DNA of 64,000 nt from contig CATNEN010000029.1 of assembly GCA_950097015.1 (NCBI GenBank), forward strand, positions 3,224,001-3,288,000. The letters are read 5' to 3'. The DNA comes from Macrostomum hystrix. Its lineage: Eukaryota > Animalia > Platyhelminthes. The notes under the pieces were generated by a model. It saw nothing but the letters and a program-made list of their open reading frames with translations. It was not told where the DNA came from and did not search any database. This document shows positions 23,680-36,400 of the stretch, piece after piece. The translations under genes were made by a program, and so were the position numbers. Positions within the stretch are counted from its first letter, which is position 1. Every line of letters begins with the position of its first letter.

Positions 23680-24355
23680 CAGGGGTAGGCAAACTTATTT
23701 GCTGGCGGGCCAAAGAGAGAACCTAATAGACGACACCGGGCCGCATTGACTGTATAAATATGAGATAGGGGAGAGATGAGACACGCAAGAGATTTGACAC
23801 AGGAGAGATGAGACACGGGAGAGATGAGACACGGGATAGATGAGACACGGGAGAGATGAGACACGGGAGAGATGAGACACGGGAGAGATGAGACACGGGA
23901 GAGATGAGACACGGGAGAGATGAGACACGGGAGAGATGAGACACGGGAGAGATGAGACACAGGAGAGAAGAGACACGGGAGAGATGAGACACGGGAGAGA
24001 TTAGACACGGGAGAGATTAGACACAGAAAGATGATACACGAGAGAGATGAGACACGGGAGAGATAAGACAGGGGAGAGATTAGACACGGGAGAGATGAGA
24101 CACAGGAGAGATTAGACACGGGAGAGATGAAACACAGGAGACATTAGACACGGGAGAGATTAGACACGGGAGAGATGAGACACAGGAGAGATTAGACACG
24201 GGAGAGATGAAACACAGGAGAGATTAGACACGGGAGAGATTAGACACGAGAGAGATGAAACAGGACACTATAGATGTCAGAAGGTGCAACGGGCCGCGGA
24301 TTTGGGAGCTTCGAGGGCCGCATCTGGCCCGCGGGCCGGAGTTTGCCGACCCCTG
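23680..24355. mobile_element. Non-autonomous hAT (Charlie-like) MITE with internal 16-17 bp tandem array
   Basis: TIRs caggggtaggcaaact / agtttgccgacccctg (15 of 16 match), perfect 8-bp TSD ATCTATCA (23672-23679 and 24356-24363), subterminal gggccgc motifs, internal (gagagatgagacacgg)n. Confidence 0.9.
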
Positions 24356-24739
24356 ATCTATCAGATATCCATCAGAGTTTTTGATTTGATATTTCGAGTC
24401 CACCTTAGATTATTTTGACAGTCTCAATATCCCGTGAAATGAGATTCTTTCTTTAGCATATAGAAGATTTTCGCAAATCAAACAGCACGATTTTTCTGCC
24501 CTCTACTTCCCCTGTAATTTTTAATCCGAGAAAACTGGATACTGCGCATCGATTTTGTCTTCTACCGGATCCATTCTGCATTTCCCAGCGCTTCTGCATC
24601 TCCCTTAACTTCCGGAATTGAAGGTTCTGAAACAGTCCCTGATTCTGACGTTCTTTGGCTTAAGAGTATATGATTAGTTGATTGGCAAGGTAAGTAAGAG
24701 TGCAACTATAACACCACAAAACAAAAATCGAATCCGACT

Positions 24740-25012
24740 GTAAGAATGGGATCTCCAGTAAGTTTAAATCCCACCCAACTGGGAGAATGGGATCTCCAGT
24801 CAGTTTAAATCCCACCCAACTGGAAGAATGGGTTCTCCAGTCAGTTTAAATCCCACCCAACTGGGAGAATGGGATCTCCAGTCAGTTTAAATCCCACCCA
24901 ACTGGGAGAATGGGATCTCCAGTCAGTTTAAATCCCACCCAACTGGGAGAATGGGATCTCCAGTCAGTTTAAATCCCACCCAACTGGGAGAATGGGATCT
25001 CCAGTCAGTTTG
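24740..25012. repeat. 41-bp minisatellite (gagaatgggatctccagtcagtttaaatcccacccaactgg)
   Basis: ~6.5 near-identical copies. Confidence 0.9.
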
Positions 25013-25296
25013 AACCCTACTCCCTTAGTTTAAGTTGGGACGAATAGAACTGAAGCTATTGTTTTTCTTGCTTTTTCATAAATGTTCATTGAACTTTTTT
25101 TTCACTATGATCTCCTGAAATTCTATAAGCTACGTAAATTAATCATATATACGATAGCAGGAAAACTATGAGTATCAATGGATTTGAACAAAAGCGAGTC
25201 ATCTTTCTAGCAAGAGCCACGTCAATCAAAAACAATTGTTTTCGAGAGAACAATTGCAGCCGTCTCTGAATAGACTCCCGCCATATTGATTGCCAC

Positions 25297-26210
25297 TTGA
25301 CTTGACTTAGCGGCAGGGAGCCTCCATGACGGACGCAGCGAGGAGGCGGCCGATGCCGCCCATATCGATAACCCCTGGCAGCCAGACGGCCTCCAGCGAG
25401 GCGGTGCCGCTCAGGGTGGTCCGTCGGTCGGTTCCGCCGCGCGATCCCCCTCGCCATAGGCTGGGAAGAAATCAGCTCGCCATCCCGATATCGGTATCCC
25501 GAAGGAAGTGGGCGAGCTGTGGAATGCTCTCGGGCGAGCAGGCTTCGACTAGGGTCGGCGCCGGCCCGAGATGTTTTAGCCTGGCCCGGGTGAAGGCCGG
25601 GCAGTGGCAGATGAAATGTTCGGCGTTTTCACGTCCGAAGCAGCAGAAGGGACATGTTTCCTCAGGCACGTGGCCTTGGAGGTAGCGGTGTCTGGTGAAG
25701 CAGCCATGTCCCGAGAGGGCCATGGTGACTGCTCTCAGGTCTCTGCGATTTAGCCTGAGCAAGGCTTTACGCAGGTTACTAGAGGGGGTTGGCACCGCAG
25801 CCCTAGACTGGCGGCAGTTCAGGGTGCAAGACCACCTCCTTCGGTGCTGGGTCTCCATCCAGCGGTTGATGTTGGAGTTGACCACAGAGGCGGGAATCGG
25901 GGCCCATCAGGGAGCTGGCTGCGCCAGCCTTAGCAAGCTGGTCCGCCATCTCATTCCCTGTGAGCCCGGTGTGCCCAGGGATCCACAACAGCTCCACCTT
26001 ATTAGACTGCGCCAATCCGTTTAACTGGGTGTGGCAGTCTAAGGTGGTTCTGGAACGAGAGGTGCAGCGGCTGAGGGCCTTGAGAGCTGCTTGACTGTCG
26101 GAGTGAAAAAAGATCCTCCGTCCAGTCAGCTGCCTCTGGCGCAGTTCAGCCGCACAGAGACTGATGGCGAGCATTTCGTTTTGGAAAACGCTTGAGCTCT
26201 TGCCACAGTG
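25297..26210 (-). mobile_element. 5'-truncated non-LTR retrotransposon (LOA/R1/I-like) with RNase H and CCHC finger; frameshifted
   Basis: SVFQNEMLAI...HSDSQAALKAL...WIPGHTGLTGNEMADQLAK (non-LTR RNase H), then in another frame CPFC...[11 protein letters not shown]; (AAGTC)n tail at ~25297; ttgccac flanks both ends (possible TSD). Confidence 0.85.
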
Positions 26211-26404
26211 TTGGGAGTGGGTCCACATTTTGGGATTTATTGCCACATTTTTGTTAAACTCTCACTCCAGCTGCGCCCTATTAAAATTTCTTTTTGATTT
26301 GGTGATTCTGTTGAGTTTGTAGCATCGATGCAATAGAGATGGGAGTTTTGTTTTAGTGTACATGCAGAATAAAGACTAAAAAAAGACACTTATAGCCTTG
26401 TTGG

Positions 26405-26535
26405 ATCAGACGTACAGCCACTACTGGCACAGCCGGAGCTAGGGCTGCTCTTCCAAAGACTTTGTACTGCAGCTGTTCAGTCCGTGGACTGGAGACGCTG
26501 CAGCTGATGCTTGTACCGATTAAATCCGCACTTGG
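26405..26535 (-). mobile_element. SINE family B 3' fragment, inverted relative to the neighbouring copy
   Basis: gtacagcc...gctgttcagtccgtggactgg...cagctgatgcttgtacc is reverse-complementary to 26765-26885. Confidence 0.6.
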
Positions 26536-26644
26536 TTAATAGATGTTCAGTTCGAAATAAAGTTCTGGCAGAAGCTAGTTTTTCTCCGAAAGTTGCATCG
26601 GACCTCCCCATCATCCCAGTTTATTATGTGGGTTAAAATCCCCT

Positions 26645-26912
26645 AGCCACTACGGAGTTGTAATATTTTAAGGTCTCACGACTTCAAGGTCGGTGATTCG
26701 ATTCACAACTCCAATGGAATAACAAGACACTTAACTCTGCGTTGCTTCAGTTCACCCAGCCGTTAAATTGGTACCAGCATCAGCTGAGTGTCGACCCCCC
26801 GGGCCAGTCCATGGACTGAACAACCGTATGCATCCTTCAGATGCGCCGCGCAATAGCTGCGGCTGCAGTGCTGTCGGCTGTACATCTGGCCCAATTATTA
26901 TTATGTTATTAT
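26645..26912 (+). mobile_element. SINE family B copy
   Basis: B-box-like gattcgattc, acacttaactctgcgttgcttcagttcacccagc core, ccagtccatggactgaacaaccgta, gcaatagctgcggctg, (TTA)n tail; near-identical blocks at 62188. Confidence 0.75.
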
Positions 26913-29655
26913 AAATACACGTAGGTCTCAGAGAACTATATAGTAGTCAGCCTATATCACAGATCTCATATCGTAAAACCTATATACTGGTCTAAAAAAT
27001 TCGTAAGAAGAAAAGTTTCTATATTTGGGGCTCCTGTGTAAACAGAAAGTCCAAAACTCTCACCACTGGACTACGGAAGGAAATAAGCACCAAATTAGTG
27101 GATGAATCGAGCGTTTGGACTCAAATTTTTAAACATTAGGGACTCAAAAAGCGATCAATTTCATCACCAAAGCTAGCAGCCTATGAGAAATTGTCGAATC
27201 AATCCAGCTAGTCAAACAGCACAATTCTTACCTGTTTCGGGGGTACCTGTATTGGGGTACGGTACACTGCCCATCACGTGTTTGCTCCACGGTTATGCGG
27301 CCAAACAGCAGAGAGAGAGCCGAACCAAAACAACACGAAAGGGAGGGGGCAAGGCGAGATCTCAAGCACGTATGGCCCCAAAAGTGTCTGGCAGTCCCTT
27401 GCCGCTCCGGCAGCAACCGGCCTATAATCATTGCCTTCGTCGTGCCGCTGTGACAGCGATAAATTATGGCCCCTTTATGGCCCCGTCTTTCTGTACATAA
27501 TCTGTAAAACCCAGGCAGAAATTTCCATGCTTTTATCAGGGACAAAAATTTGTAATTCGTAAAGGTGCCATATAGGTAACTATTTTCGCTCCTGAATATG
27601 AATACTGTACTTGAAAAAGGTAACTTGACTTTATACTCACCAGTGATTTGCATGACTGCGCCTAATCTGTTCTTTTTATTTTATTCTGGAAATTAAAAAA
27701 CCGGACGTCGTCTTGATCGAAATAGATTCATGGAATCTGAGCATATATATGTGTTTTCTTTGATACTTTACAAGGCCGATACATTTATACAGCTTGGCTG
27801 ATAAAACCTGCAGAGTTTTCATGAAGCAGTCCAATTGGCTGGAAGGGATTTAAAAGAGTTGAAATCAAGAGCCAATAGTTTTGTCGATGCAGCATCTGAA
27901 AACTAGATTTAAATGCCACGTATTCAATTAAGTAGGGTTATATATAAAATGTTGTAATGCTAGAATCTTTATCTTAATCTTAATCCTAATCTTAATCTAG
28001 AAGCTTAATTTGTAGCGGCCAGCTTTAGAATTTGAAAATCAAGTGTGAAGTACGCACTTAGGAACAATCCGAACAGAGTTTCAAATTGGCGGCTGCAGTG
28101 ACACATTAGAGTAGGATCTTCTACTGACGGCAATATCCTAGCCTTACATTAGGATTGTGAGAGCCTTGTTAAATTACAAGTATTTTACCAACTTATTTGT
28201 TGACATGTCAGTCAATTAGCGGTTAAATGGCAAGAAGGCATAGAGCACCCAATTGAAACGTACTTAAGGGTGATGTCGAATTTATCTATATAATGTACTG
28301 TGTTTATAAACAGTATATATATCGTAAGTTTGGGCAGCTCCGGCGAGAATACAGTACATCCACTGTAGCCTCGATAAGGTAAAAAAATAGAGAGCAGAGA
28401 ACAGCGAATAGTTTGCAAATTGGAGATAGGATATGGCCATTATTCCAACGGTACCGCGGGAATAAGCGCTGCCTTCCTATCACTATCGCTATAGACTACT
28501 CTCTTGATTGTACTATAATGGTCCTTGTCGCTGACTCATCCTTAAAGACGAAACCTTATGTAATTTTACATGCGCTCGAGAATTATTACTAAAGCCACCG
28601 CGAGTAAAATGCGATAATACATGATGTTTGTTCTTTTGTTATTTGTAAATAAATACGTTTTCGTCGTGCAATTACTCAGACAAGTACCAATAAATAGAAT
28701 TTTACAGGCTTGAATTTGTCAGTTAAAACAAAAAAAATGTTTATGAGTTCTCAAAACTTCAAGCTGACAACAGATAACAAAATTACTTTGCGTGCTGATT
28801 TAGTTTTAACTTATCCAATGCATCTCATTCTATCTCATAAATAACTATTTTTCTTAATTATGTAAGAAATTTTCTAACACCGATCGTATAACTGAGCAAA
28901 TGCATGCAGTTCACTAGCCCGCCAGTTTAAAGACTAAAGTACCAGTATTGGAGAAAATAAAGAACTAGAACACTCACTTAGAGATTGTACCTAAATAAAA
29001 TTTCTAAAGTAAAGACGCATGAAATGCATAGAGCTTAAAATATGTATGAGGGCATTGAGCTTACCAAATTGTCATAGCCATTGCCATAGCTAGATATGTC
29101 CAAACTAAAAAAATACTCGAACTGTTCTAGATCTAGAATCCGGCGAGACTAGTACGGTCTAGTAGAGTAGCTAGTAGTTGTCAGATGAGTATTAATGGAT
29201 AATAAAAGGTAATAATAATATGTAAGTTAGCTAACAAATGCAACATTCAACATATTGATTAGGCCTACAGCATTTGAGGCTCCAGTAAGGTAGACTAGGC
29301 CCTAATTAATTAATTTAACATTAATCAGTGTCTGTGCAACAAACAGTTGCAATTGCAATCTCAGGTTGGAGAAATTAAATTATCAGTTATATTATTTAGA
29401 TGTTGTAATTTATTAAGTGTAAATTAAACTGTAGCTTAACTACTAAACTACTCAAGTTGTCAAGCTGTAGCTATAGGCCTAGGCCTATAGGCTATAGCCT
29501 TAGCTGTAGCTATAGGCCTAGGCCTATAGCCTAGTGTTTTGTAGGTGTAAATAAAGTGTATTGAAAGATGTAAGCATAATGTAAGCCCTTGCTAATGTGT
29601 AAATTAGCTTGCAAGTTGCAATGCCAATGGAATGTTGACTGAGTCGGTAGGCCTA

Positions 29656-30075
29656 CCTGGACACTTTGTCATCTTACAACTTTGTCATCCAGATGACGAT
29701 CTGTCTAATATCTCAGAGGGTGGATTACGAAGAGACTTAGACTTGTGGACACTTCGTCATCTATAAAACAAAAGTTTTCAAAGTTAAAACAGATCAAACC
29801 ACCCCTCCCTACCTCCTCACATCTTGTTGGCACCTATCTTTCAACTCTTATAATGAAATCAGTTTTGACACCTCTTTTTGACAATTTAGAGTGTGAAGTG
29901 TGTTCACACCTCTGCCCCACCACCCCACCCTCACTTTATCAATGACAAACTTGATTGCTTGTTATTTTAGTAGATGACGAACTGACCAAACTTTAAAGCA
30001 TGCCAATTGGCTGGATGACGAAGTGTCCTACCTTCCAAGTGGATGACGAAGTTGTAAGATAACAAAGTGTCTAGG
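29656..30075. mobile_element. MITE-like element with ~36-bp imperfect TIRs and nested inverted ggacacttcgtcatc motifs
   Basis: cctggacactttgtcatcttacaactttgtcatcca versus tggatgacgaagttgtaagataacaaagtgtctagg; no clear TSD, superfamily not assigned. Confidence 0.55.
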
Positions 30076-31586
30076 ATCCACTGAGTCAATCTAGAAAAGG
30101 AGTTAGCCTAACACTGTTAAATTACTTGCCTCTTGCACCCAAGTCCCTCAGATTGGTTCTGCCATATGGCCACATAAATTTGGGCATAGCCACAGAAAAA
30201 GGGTTGGGTTTTTTGGCAATCTATATTATCTAATAGGGTCTATCTATATCAGAGAAAGCATATACACCCCTTAATCTCTAGAGTGCATGCTGACCTTCAA
30301 GGCAGCAAGTAAGATTGTGGGCTTACACTTTCTGACTGCTATTATTAGATTAAGAGTGTATTAGGCTAACTGATTACATATAGGGCCTAGTGTAGGCCTA
30401 TGCCTATATTTAAAGGCTAAAATCTTTAGCTCTAGCCTATAAGGATTCCATGCATTTTGGTACCTGGGTATTTTGATACTAGTCTGTACATACTCTTTGG
30501 TTTAACTCTTGGGATAGGAGTGCTTTTCATTACCTAATACAATTTGTTCCCAATAAACAATTTTGCTATCTTTTTTTATACTACTATATGTGTAAAACCA
30601 ATTTGAAACCAAGTTTTCTGAGAACTAAGCCCACTAAAGTTAAAATAAATCTCAATGTTTGGCAGCTTGAACAGAGCTTGACTTGTTGGCTACACCTAGC
30701 TAAGTAGCTTATGGCTCTAGTTCAGGTTTTAGTACTAAAGTCAAACAGCAATCAGTGTAGGTAAAAACAAATTTTGGATAGTGTTGAAGCTAGCAGTACT
30801 ACTCTTGGCTTACACCACTTTGACATGTTCAATGTTGCCATAGCTGACAATGATTACATTGATATTGACCCTCTTGTCAAGAACAAACTGATTGCTGGCA
30901 GACAATGCATTTTATAATGGAACTTTAAATAACTTTTTGCCAAATTGTCTTAGCTTTAAATGCAATTCAATTTTTTGAGTTTTCTGTATATAAAATCCTG
31001 GGTTTTAGTAGACTTAAAAGTATTATTTTGTAATTTCAAGGTTGCTAATCACTTTAAAAATATTATCAGATATAAAGCTTTATTGAATGAATGTATTGAA
31101 AGTATATTATGGAAAATGTTTCATAAGTTTGCATTTAAAGGGTTGTTAAGTTTATGACAAAATTGTGCAATTTGGGTTGTTAAGCTGAACAAATAAAGTT
31201 CATATATGTATAGTTTAACAGAGAAAATCTTATACTTAACAATTAAATACATGTTGAAGCAATCTAGTCAATTTTTGTAGTTAGGTTAGTAGTCAGTTCA
31301 ACATCGTTTTGGTGTTCTAGGAGTGGTCCTACTTTTTAGCAAATTAGCCATAATCAGATTGTACCATTCTTATTTTTGAGAAATATATAAAAGTGGCAAA
31401 AAACCTGAGACATTAATTTTGACACATGACATCAATTATTGAAAATAAACTGATTAAAATACAGTTAAGGTATCTAAAATGTTAAAGTACAGAAATATTA
31501 TGTACACTAGATAAAATACATATTAGGCTCCTCTTGGCTCATGGTGTCACTTGCTCATTATGCGTTTTTTCGCAGATTTCATATCG

Positions 31587-33215
31587 ATGAAACCGCGGCG
31601 CAAGAGCAAATCGCCAGCGACCAGCGCCGCTGGCGCTCATCGTCGACAGCCATTAGTCAGCGGCGAGCTGCCGTTGGACAACTCTAAGCGCGTCCTGTCA
31701 GAAGAGGCCGCCGCTGATCTCATCTCGGTGCTGGTAAATCGAGGTCGCCGATTGCGTAACGATATGATTGGCTGCGTTCTCGACGGCGCTTCGGCTTCAA
31801 CAGCGGCCGAGCGCGAGAATCAACCGCCGCGGCGCGAGCACCAGAACGACGAAGAGGAAGACGCGGCTGGAGTCGGCCTTGGCAGCGAGACCCTCCTTGA
31901 CGACATGATTGGCCGGCTGTTGTCCAACGGTGATGCGTCAGCCGAGATGCGAGCCGTCGACCTCATTATGGGCCAATCGGATCCAACTCCGCATCGCAGC
32001 GGCTCCGAGGCGGACAGCGTCGATGGCTACAGCGAGCCAGATGATCCTGTCAAAGACGAGGACCTAGTCCAAGAGCTTTTCTTTAATAGACCGAACGTCA
32101 ACAATGCTGAGGACGATTTCTACGACGCTGACGCCGACGATTGTCAGGGCGAGCCGGCGAAGGGTGGCAGTCCAGAGCGGGCAGCGCAGCTTCGTCGAGA
32201 TCGTCTGGAATCGGCCGGAAGAGTTGTGCCCAATGTCAGCTCGCCATCGGCTAGCTCGTTTGACATCCCGTCTCGGGCTTCTTCGACTGCGCCTATCGGG
32301 CCCGCTGGACGTCGGGTGCGTCGCGGACGAAGTGGCGCGTCAGCAAAGAGACGCGGTGGCGGTGGCGCTGGTTCGCGAGATTCAAGCTCCGAGCGAGGAG
32401 GCGGTGGCTCTCTGGCTGGCAGTCGGGTATCATTCGACGTGCCATCAGACGCTGAAGCTGTGAATGACGCCAGCAATCCTGATCCAGTTATCGACAATGT
32501 CCTAGAAGTCAAGAAACAGCAGCTGCCCAATATCTTCGAAGTGGTGTCAAACGAGCGTTTGCAGACTCTGCGGCGGGTGTCGCACACTCTTTTATCTGCG
32601 CCCCAGCTGATACTTCGAAAGCAGCCTTACATTGATGCCGGCGCTACAGCATTGGCCGCGCCGCGGCCTCCTCGACCGAGTGCGCCGCGCGGTCTCCCGC
32701 CGCGTCCGCCAGCGCCTGGCAGCGGTTTAACAGGCTGGCGACGCAAGCCGTCAGTGTACTACCTGGAGTACCGTCTGCCTGGCGTTACTGGCACCAATTC
32801 CAACAGTTCCAGCTCCGCAAGAATTCTGGCCAAAAAGTGCGAAGGTCGCAATGTGAGCTTCCAGCATCGAGGCAAGCACGCCGTGATCTTTGATGACGCT
32901 AGCCTGCAGCGTTGGTGGCGCGGCAGCTTGGAGGTCCGGCTTCTAGGTCGGACTGACGATCAAAGAACGCCGCCCTGCCTAATAGGCAGCGGAGTGTTGC
33001 CAATGCACTACCTGCTGACGGCTACTAATCTGCAGCTGACTGACGACATTCCTGTGTACGAGGCGCTACCTGGCCAGGGTCGCTCTCAACCGAACCATTT
33101 CCCCAACCAGCTGTTACAGCAGCAGCAGCAGCAGCAACGAAAACTGGTTGGCCACCTGCGGGTTAGTTTGCAACTGGGCTCTGACACAGTCGCATTGGCA
33201 CCTCTGCTCGAGCAG
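31587..33215 (+). CDS. C2CD3: C2 domain-containing protein 3, first coding exon
   Basis: Starts MKPRRK...PLVSGEL (cf. vertebrate MKQRK...PLVEGQL, from recall); YYLEYRLPG...VSFQHR...FDDASLQRWW C2 segment; donor CAG|GTAAGC. Confidence 0.8.
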
Positions 33216-33302
33216 GTAAGCATATATTCATTATGTGAAAATAGAAAATAATACTCGTGGAATTCAGCAAGCTCAACTTAAGGCTTTTAGTAAGATGTGT
33301 CT

Positions 33303-33447
33303 TTGGGGGGGTCAGTGGCAGAGCGCGTTTGCCCCTCGCACCAAGGTCCCTGAGCTCGATTCCTCGGCAAGGCAATTTGCGCTCCTGAGGCCCAACCTCC
33401 AAGGCACAGTGAGACGATGAGAAAGTCAGGGGGGCAGATGTCAGCGA
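33303..33447 (+). mobile_element. SINE family A, 5' half (split by the LINE)
   Basis: gtggcagagcg, ctcgcaccaaggtccctgagctcgattcc, ccaacctccaaggcacagtgag...gatgagaaagtcaggg match the 20783 copy. Confidence 0.85.
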
Positions 33448-36400
33448 TGTCAGCTTCCTCAAGTGGCCCAGCCTTCACGAGGCGGGAAGCGGACGGGGCA
33501 TCAGCCCTGGCAAAAAGGACCACAACAACAGAAGGGAGATGGAAGGAGGGAGTGGGCGCAGGCCCACCCCGAATCACCAACCCTTTTTGGCAACGACGAC
33601 AGGAAGTAGCCGACCCTGGCGTCGATAAAACTAAGGCCAACCAACCCTGGAGAAGAGGAGGAGAGCGGAGGACGGAGGGAGCAATGTGCAACGACGACGA
33701 GAGACGGGCAGCAGGAGAAATTAAATGGAGACTGGCGACAATCGAAAAGAACCCGGGACCTAAAACGGTGCAAGAGAGAAAAGCGAGACAGATTAGACGC
33801 AAAAAGAGGAGAGAGAGAAGGAGGACCAGACGGAAAATCACAAGGAGAAACTGGGCCGGACAAGAAAATTTTCGAATATCGACCTGGAATGTACGAAGGG
33901 CCAACATATACGACAGTCGTTTCGGGGAAATAATAAAGAAGACCATCATGGAAGGATGGCAGATCACTATGATCACCGAACTTAACGCCCGAAGCGAAGG
34001 GATAAAGACATACCACCACGGCGATAAACAAGTAAGCCTGATCCATACAAAAAAGGTGGGCATCCTATTGGACGAAGACACAGCGAAGCTGTGGAACGAC
34101 TCGGGGAGATATGTGAAATTCGCAGACAGAGCAATCTTCGTTAGAATCTATGACATGAGCCTGATAAGCGTGTATTACCCAGTGCAAGGCAGCAGCACAT
34201 GCCATGCAGAATTAAATAACCTCTGCTTCGAGATAGAGAAATACATACACATCGAAGCGAAGAACAAGCCGCTATTGATAGGAGGAGACTTTAATGCCCA
34301 GATAGGGCGATCACCCGAGGCAAACGGGCAACACAGGGGGAAGTTTGGCCTCCCGCAAACAAACAAACAAGGTGAGGACTTGATAAACTGGGTAACGGAG
34401 AATGAGTTGACTTGGCTGAATTCGTTCTGTAATGCAAAGAGGCGCGGAACCTGGAAGAACCCGTCCAACCACAGGTGGTACGAGCTGGACGGCTTCATCA
34501 CCAGATCGAAGGACAGAACCCGACTGATCAAATCAATCAAACTACATCAAATTGGGGACCTCTCAGACCACGCCCCCAGAACGGTCATACTCAAAAAACT
34601 TCTTCTACAGCCAGAGACCGAGGAAGAGCGCGCAAACAGACACAAGGCAAAGAAGAAGAAACGCGCAAACATCGACTGGCAAGTCCTCCACTCCCAGGAG
34701 AAGAGAGAACAACTCCAAGATGTGATGACGAAACGCTACACAGAATCGACCGGTAAGACCTGGAAAGAAACAGCAAGGATCATAGTTGAAAGTGCTAAAG
34801 AGGTGTGTGGAACAAAAACCAAGCAAACAAATCCATGGATGATCGGGCACGAGGAAGAGTGCCAGGAGAACAACCGCGAACTAGCGGAAGCCCTGCACAG
34901 ACGCAACGCGGCCAAAGAAGTCCAACCAGACAACCTAAGAAGACAAGCCCTAGAACTCGCAAAACGGACCGTACAGGAGGTTAGAAAAAGACACAAAGCA
35001 AACCTACGGAAATGGGAAGAAGAATGGTGGGACAAGCTGGCGGACGAGTGCAGAGAAGCAGCGGACCTAGGGAAAATAGGACTAGTCTATCAGAAACTAA
35101 GAATACTAGACCACAGAGGCAGCACCAACAACTGTCAGACGGACACCATATTCAGCGAAAAAGAATTTAAGGAACACATGGAAAAGGTGTCAGGTACGCG
35201 CTTTGAGAACGACCCGCAGACAATGATGGAACTGCTGAAATCGATCAAGGTGAGAAAACCAATTAACGGCGACATGACGTTGACCGAGTTAACCGCACCG
35301 ATCACGGACGCGGAGATCGACAGGACAATGATGGAGATGACGGACAAGGCCCCGGGGGAAGACGAAATAAGGATAAACTACCTCAAGTACGCGCCCACGG
35401 ACATCCGGGCAGCGACACGGGAACACATAAGGTACCTATATCATCACCCAGCAACCGAATGGGAAGACGAAGAGAAGTTAGGGATAGTCATACCACTTTT
35501 CAAGAAGGGCGACCGCCGGGACCCAGCGAACTACCGAGGGATCTGCCTATTACCAATGCTGAGCCGCATACTGGCCCGCATACTGGCGAAAAGAATCCGA
35601 AACTGGGCGGAAGCCCAAGAACTGTTTGATGACAACCAGTGTGGCTTCAGACAAGGCCGGTCCACAGCGGACAGTGCCCAGATTTTTGTCAGGCTACACG
35701 AGGACATCCGCGAGTATCTAGCGGCCAAGGAAGGAGCGATGGACCAGAACATGGAACATGAAAACATCGCAATACTGCTGGACATCCAGAAGGCGTACCC
35801 GAGGATCTGCAAACCGCTTCTGTGGGAGATGCTAAGACGCCTGAAGATGCCAGACGCCATAATCAAGAAGCTACAAGACCTCCATGAAGAAACAGCTTAC
35901 AAAGTACAAGGAAGACAAGCGACGAGCGAGGCATGGTACCCGGAGAGAGGATTAAGGGAGGGCTGCCCGACCTCACCAGTCCTATTTAACATCTACCATC
36001 AGATATGTATCCGGAGAGCGGAAGAGATGCGGAGGGAAGCGGCGGAGGCGAAAAACACACCATGCGGAATCGCATGGGCCTACCCTGTGGGAAACGCACT
36101 ACCACCCCAACGCACAAATCAATTCAACTCCGAGATGAAACTACATCATTTCCAAACGTCCCTGTTCGCGGACGATACTACCCTGATAGGAAATCGCGAC
36201 GAACTAAGGGAAGGCCTGGAGATCACAAAAAGATGTATGTTAGATTTTGAGGAGAAGACGAACGACGCTAAGGAGGAGATCATGAGACTGGGAACGGAGG
36301 AAGGCGGCAACATCAGAATGTTAGGCAGCTGGACGGACAGGAAACGCGACATGAAAGAACGGACTCAGAGAGCCACGAAGAGTTGGCAAGCAATCAAGAA

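Noticed and set aside
24545-24592. Candidate GPCR start exon (MQKRWEMQNGS, G|GTAGAA)
   Set aside because: Phase fits but the donor is weak and nothing else supports it.
27183-27653. Opposed 105 and 141 aa ORFs with tatggcccc repeats
   Set aside because: No motif; possibly a transposon end fragment, but no partner TIR was found.
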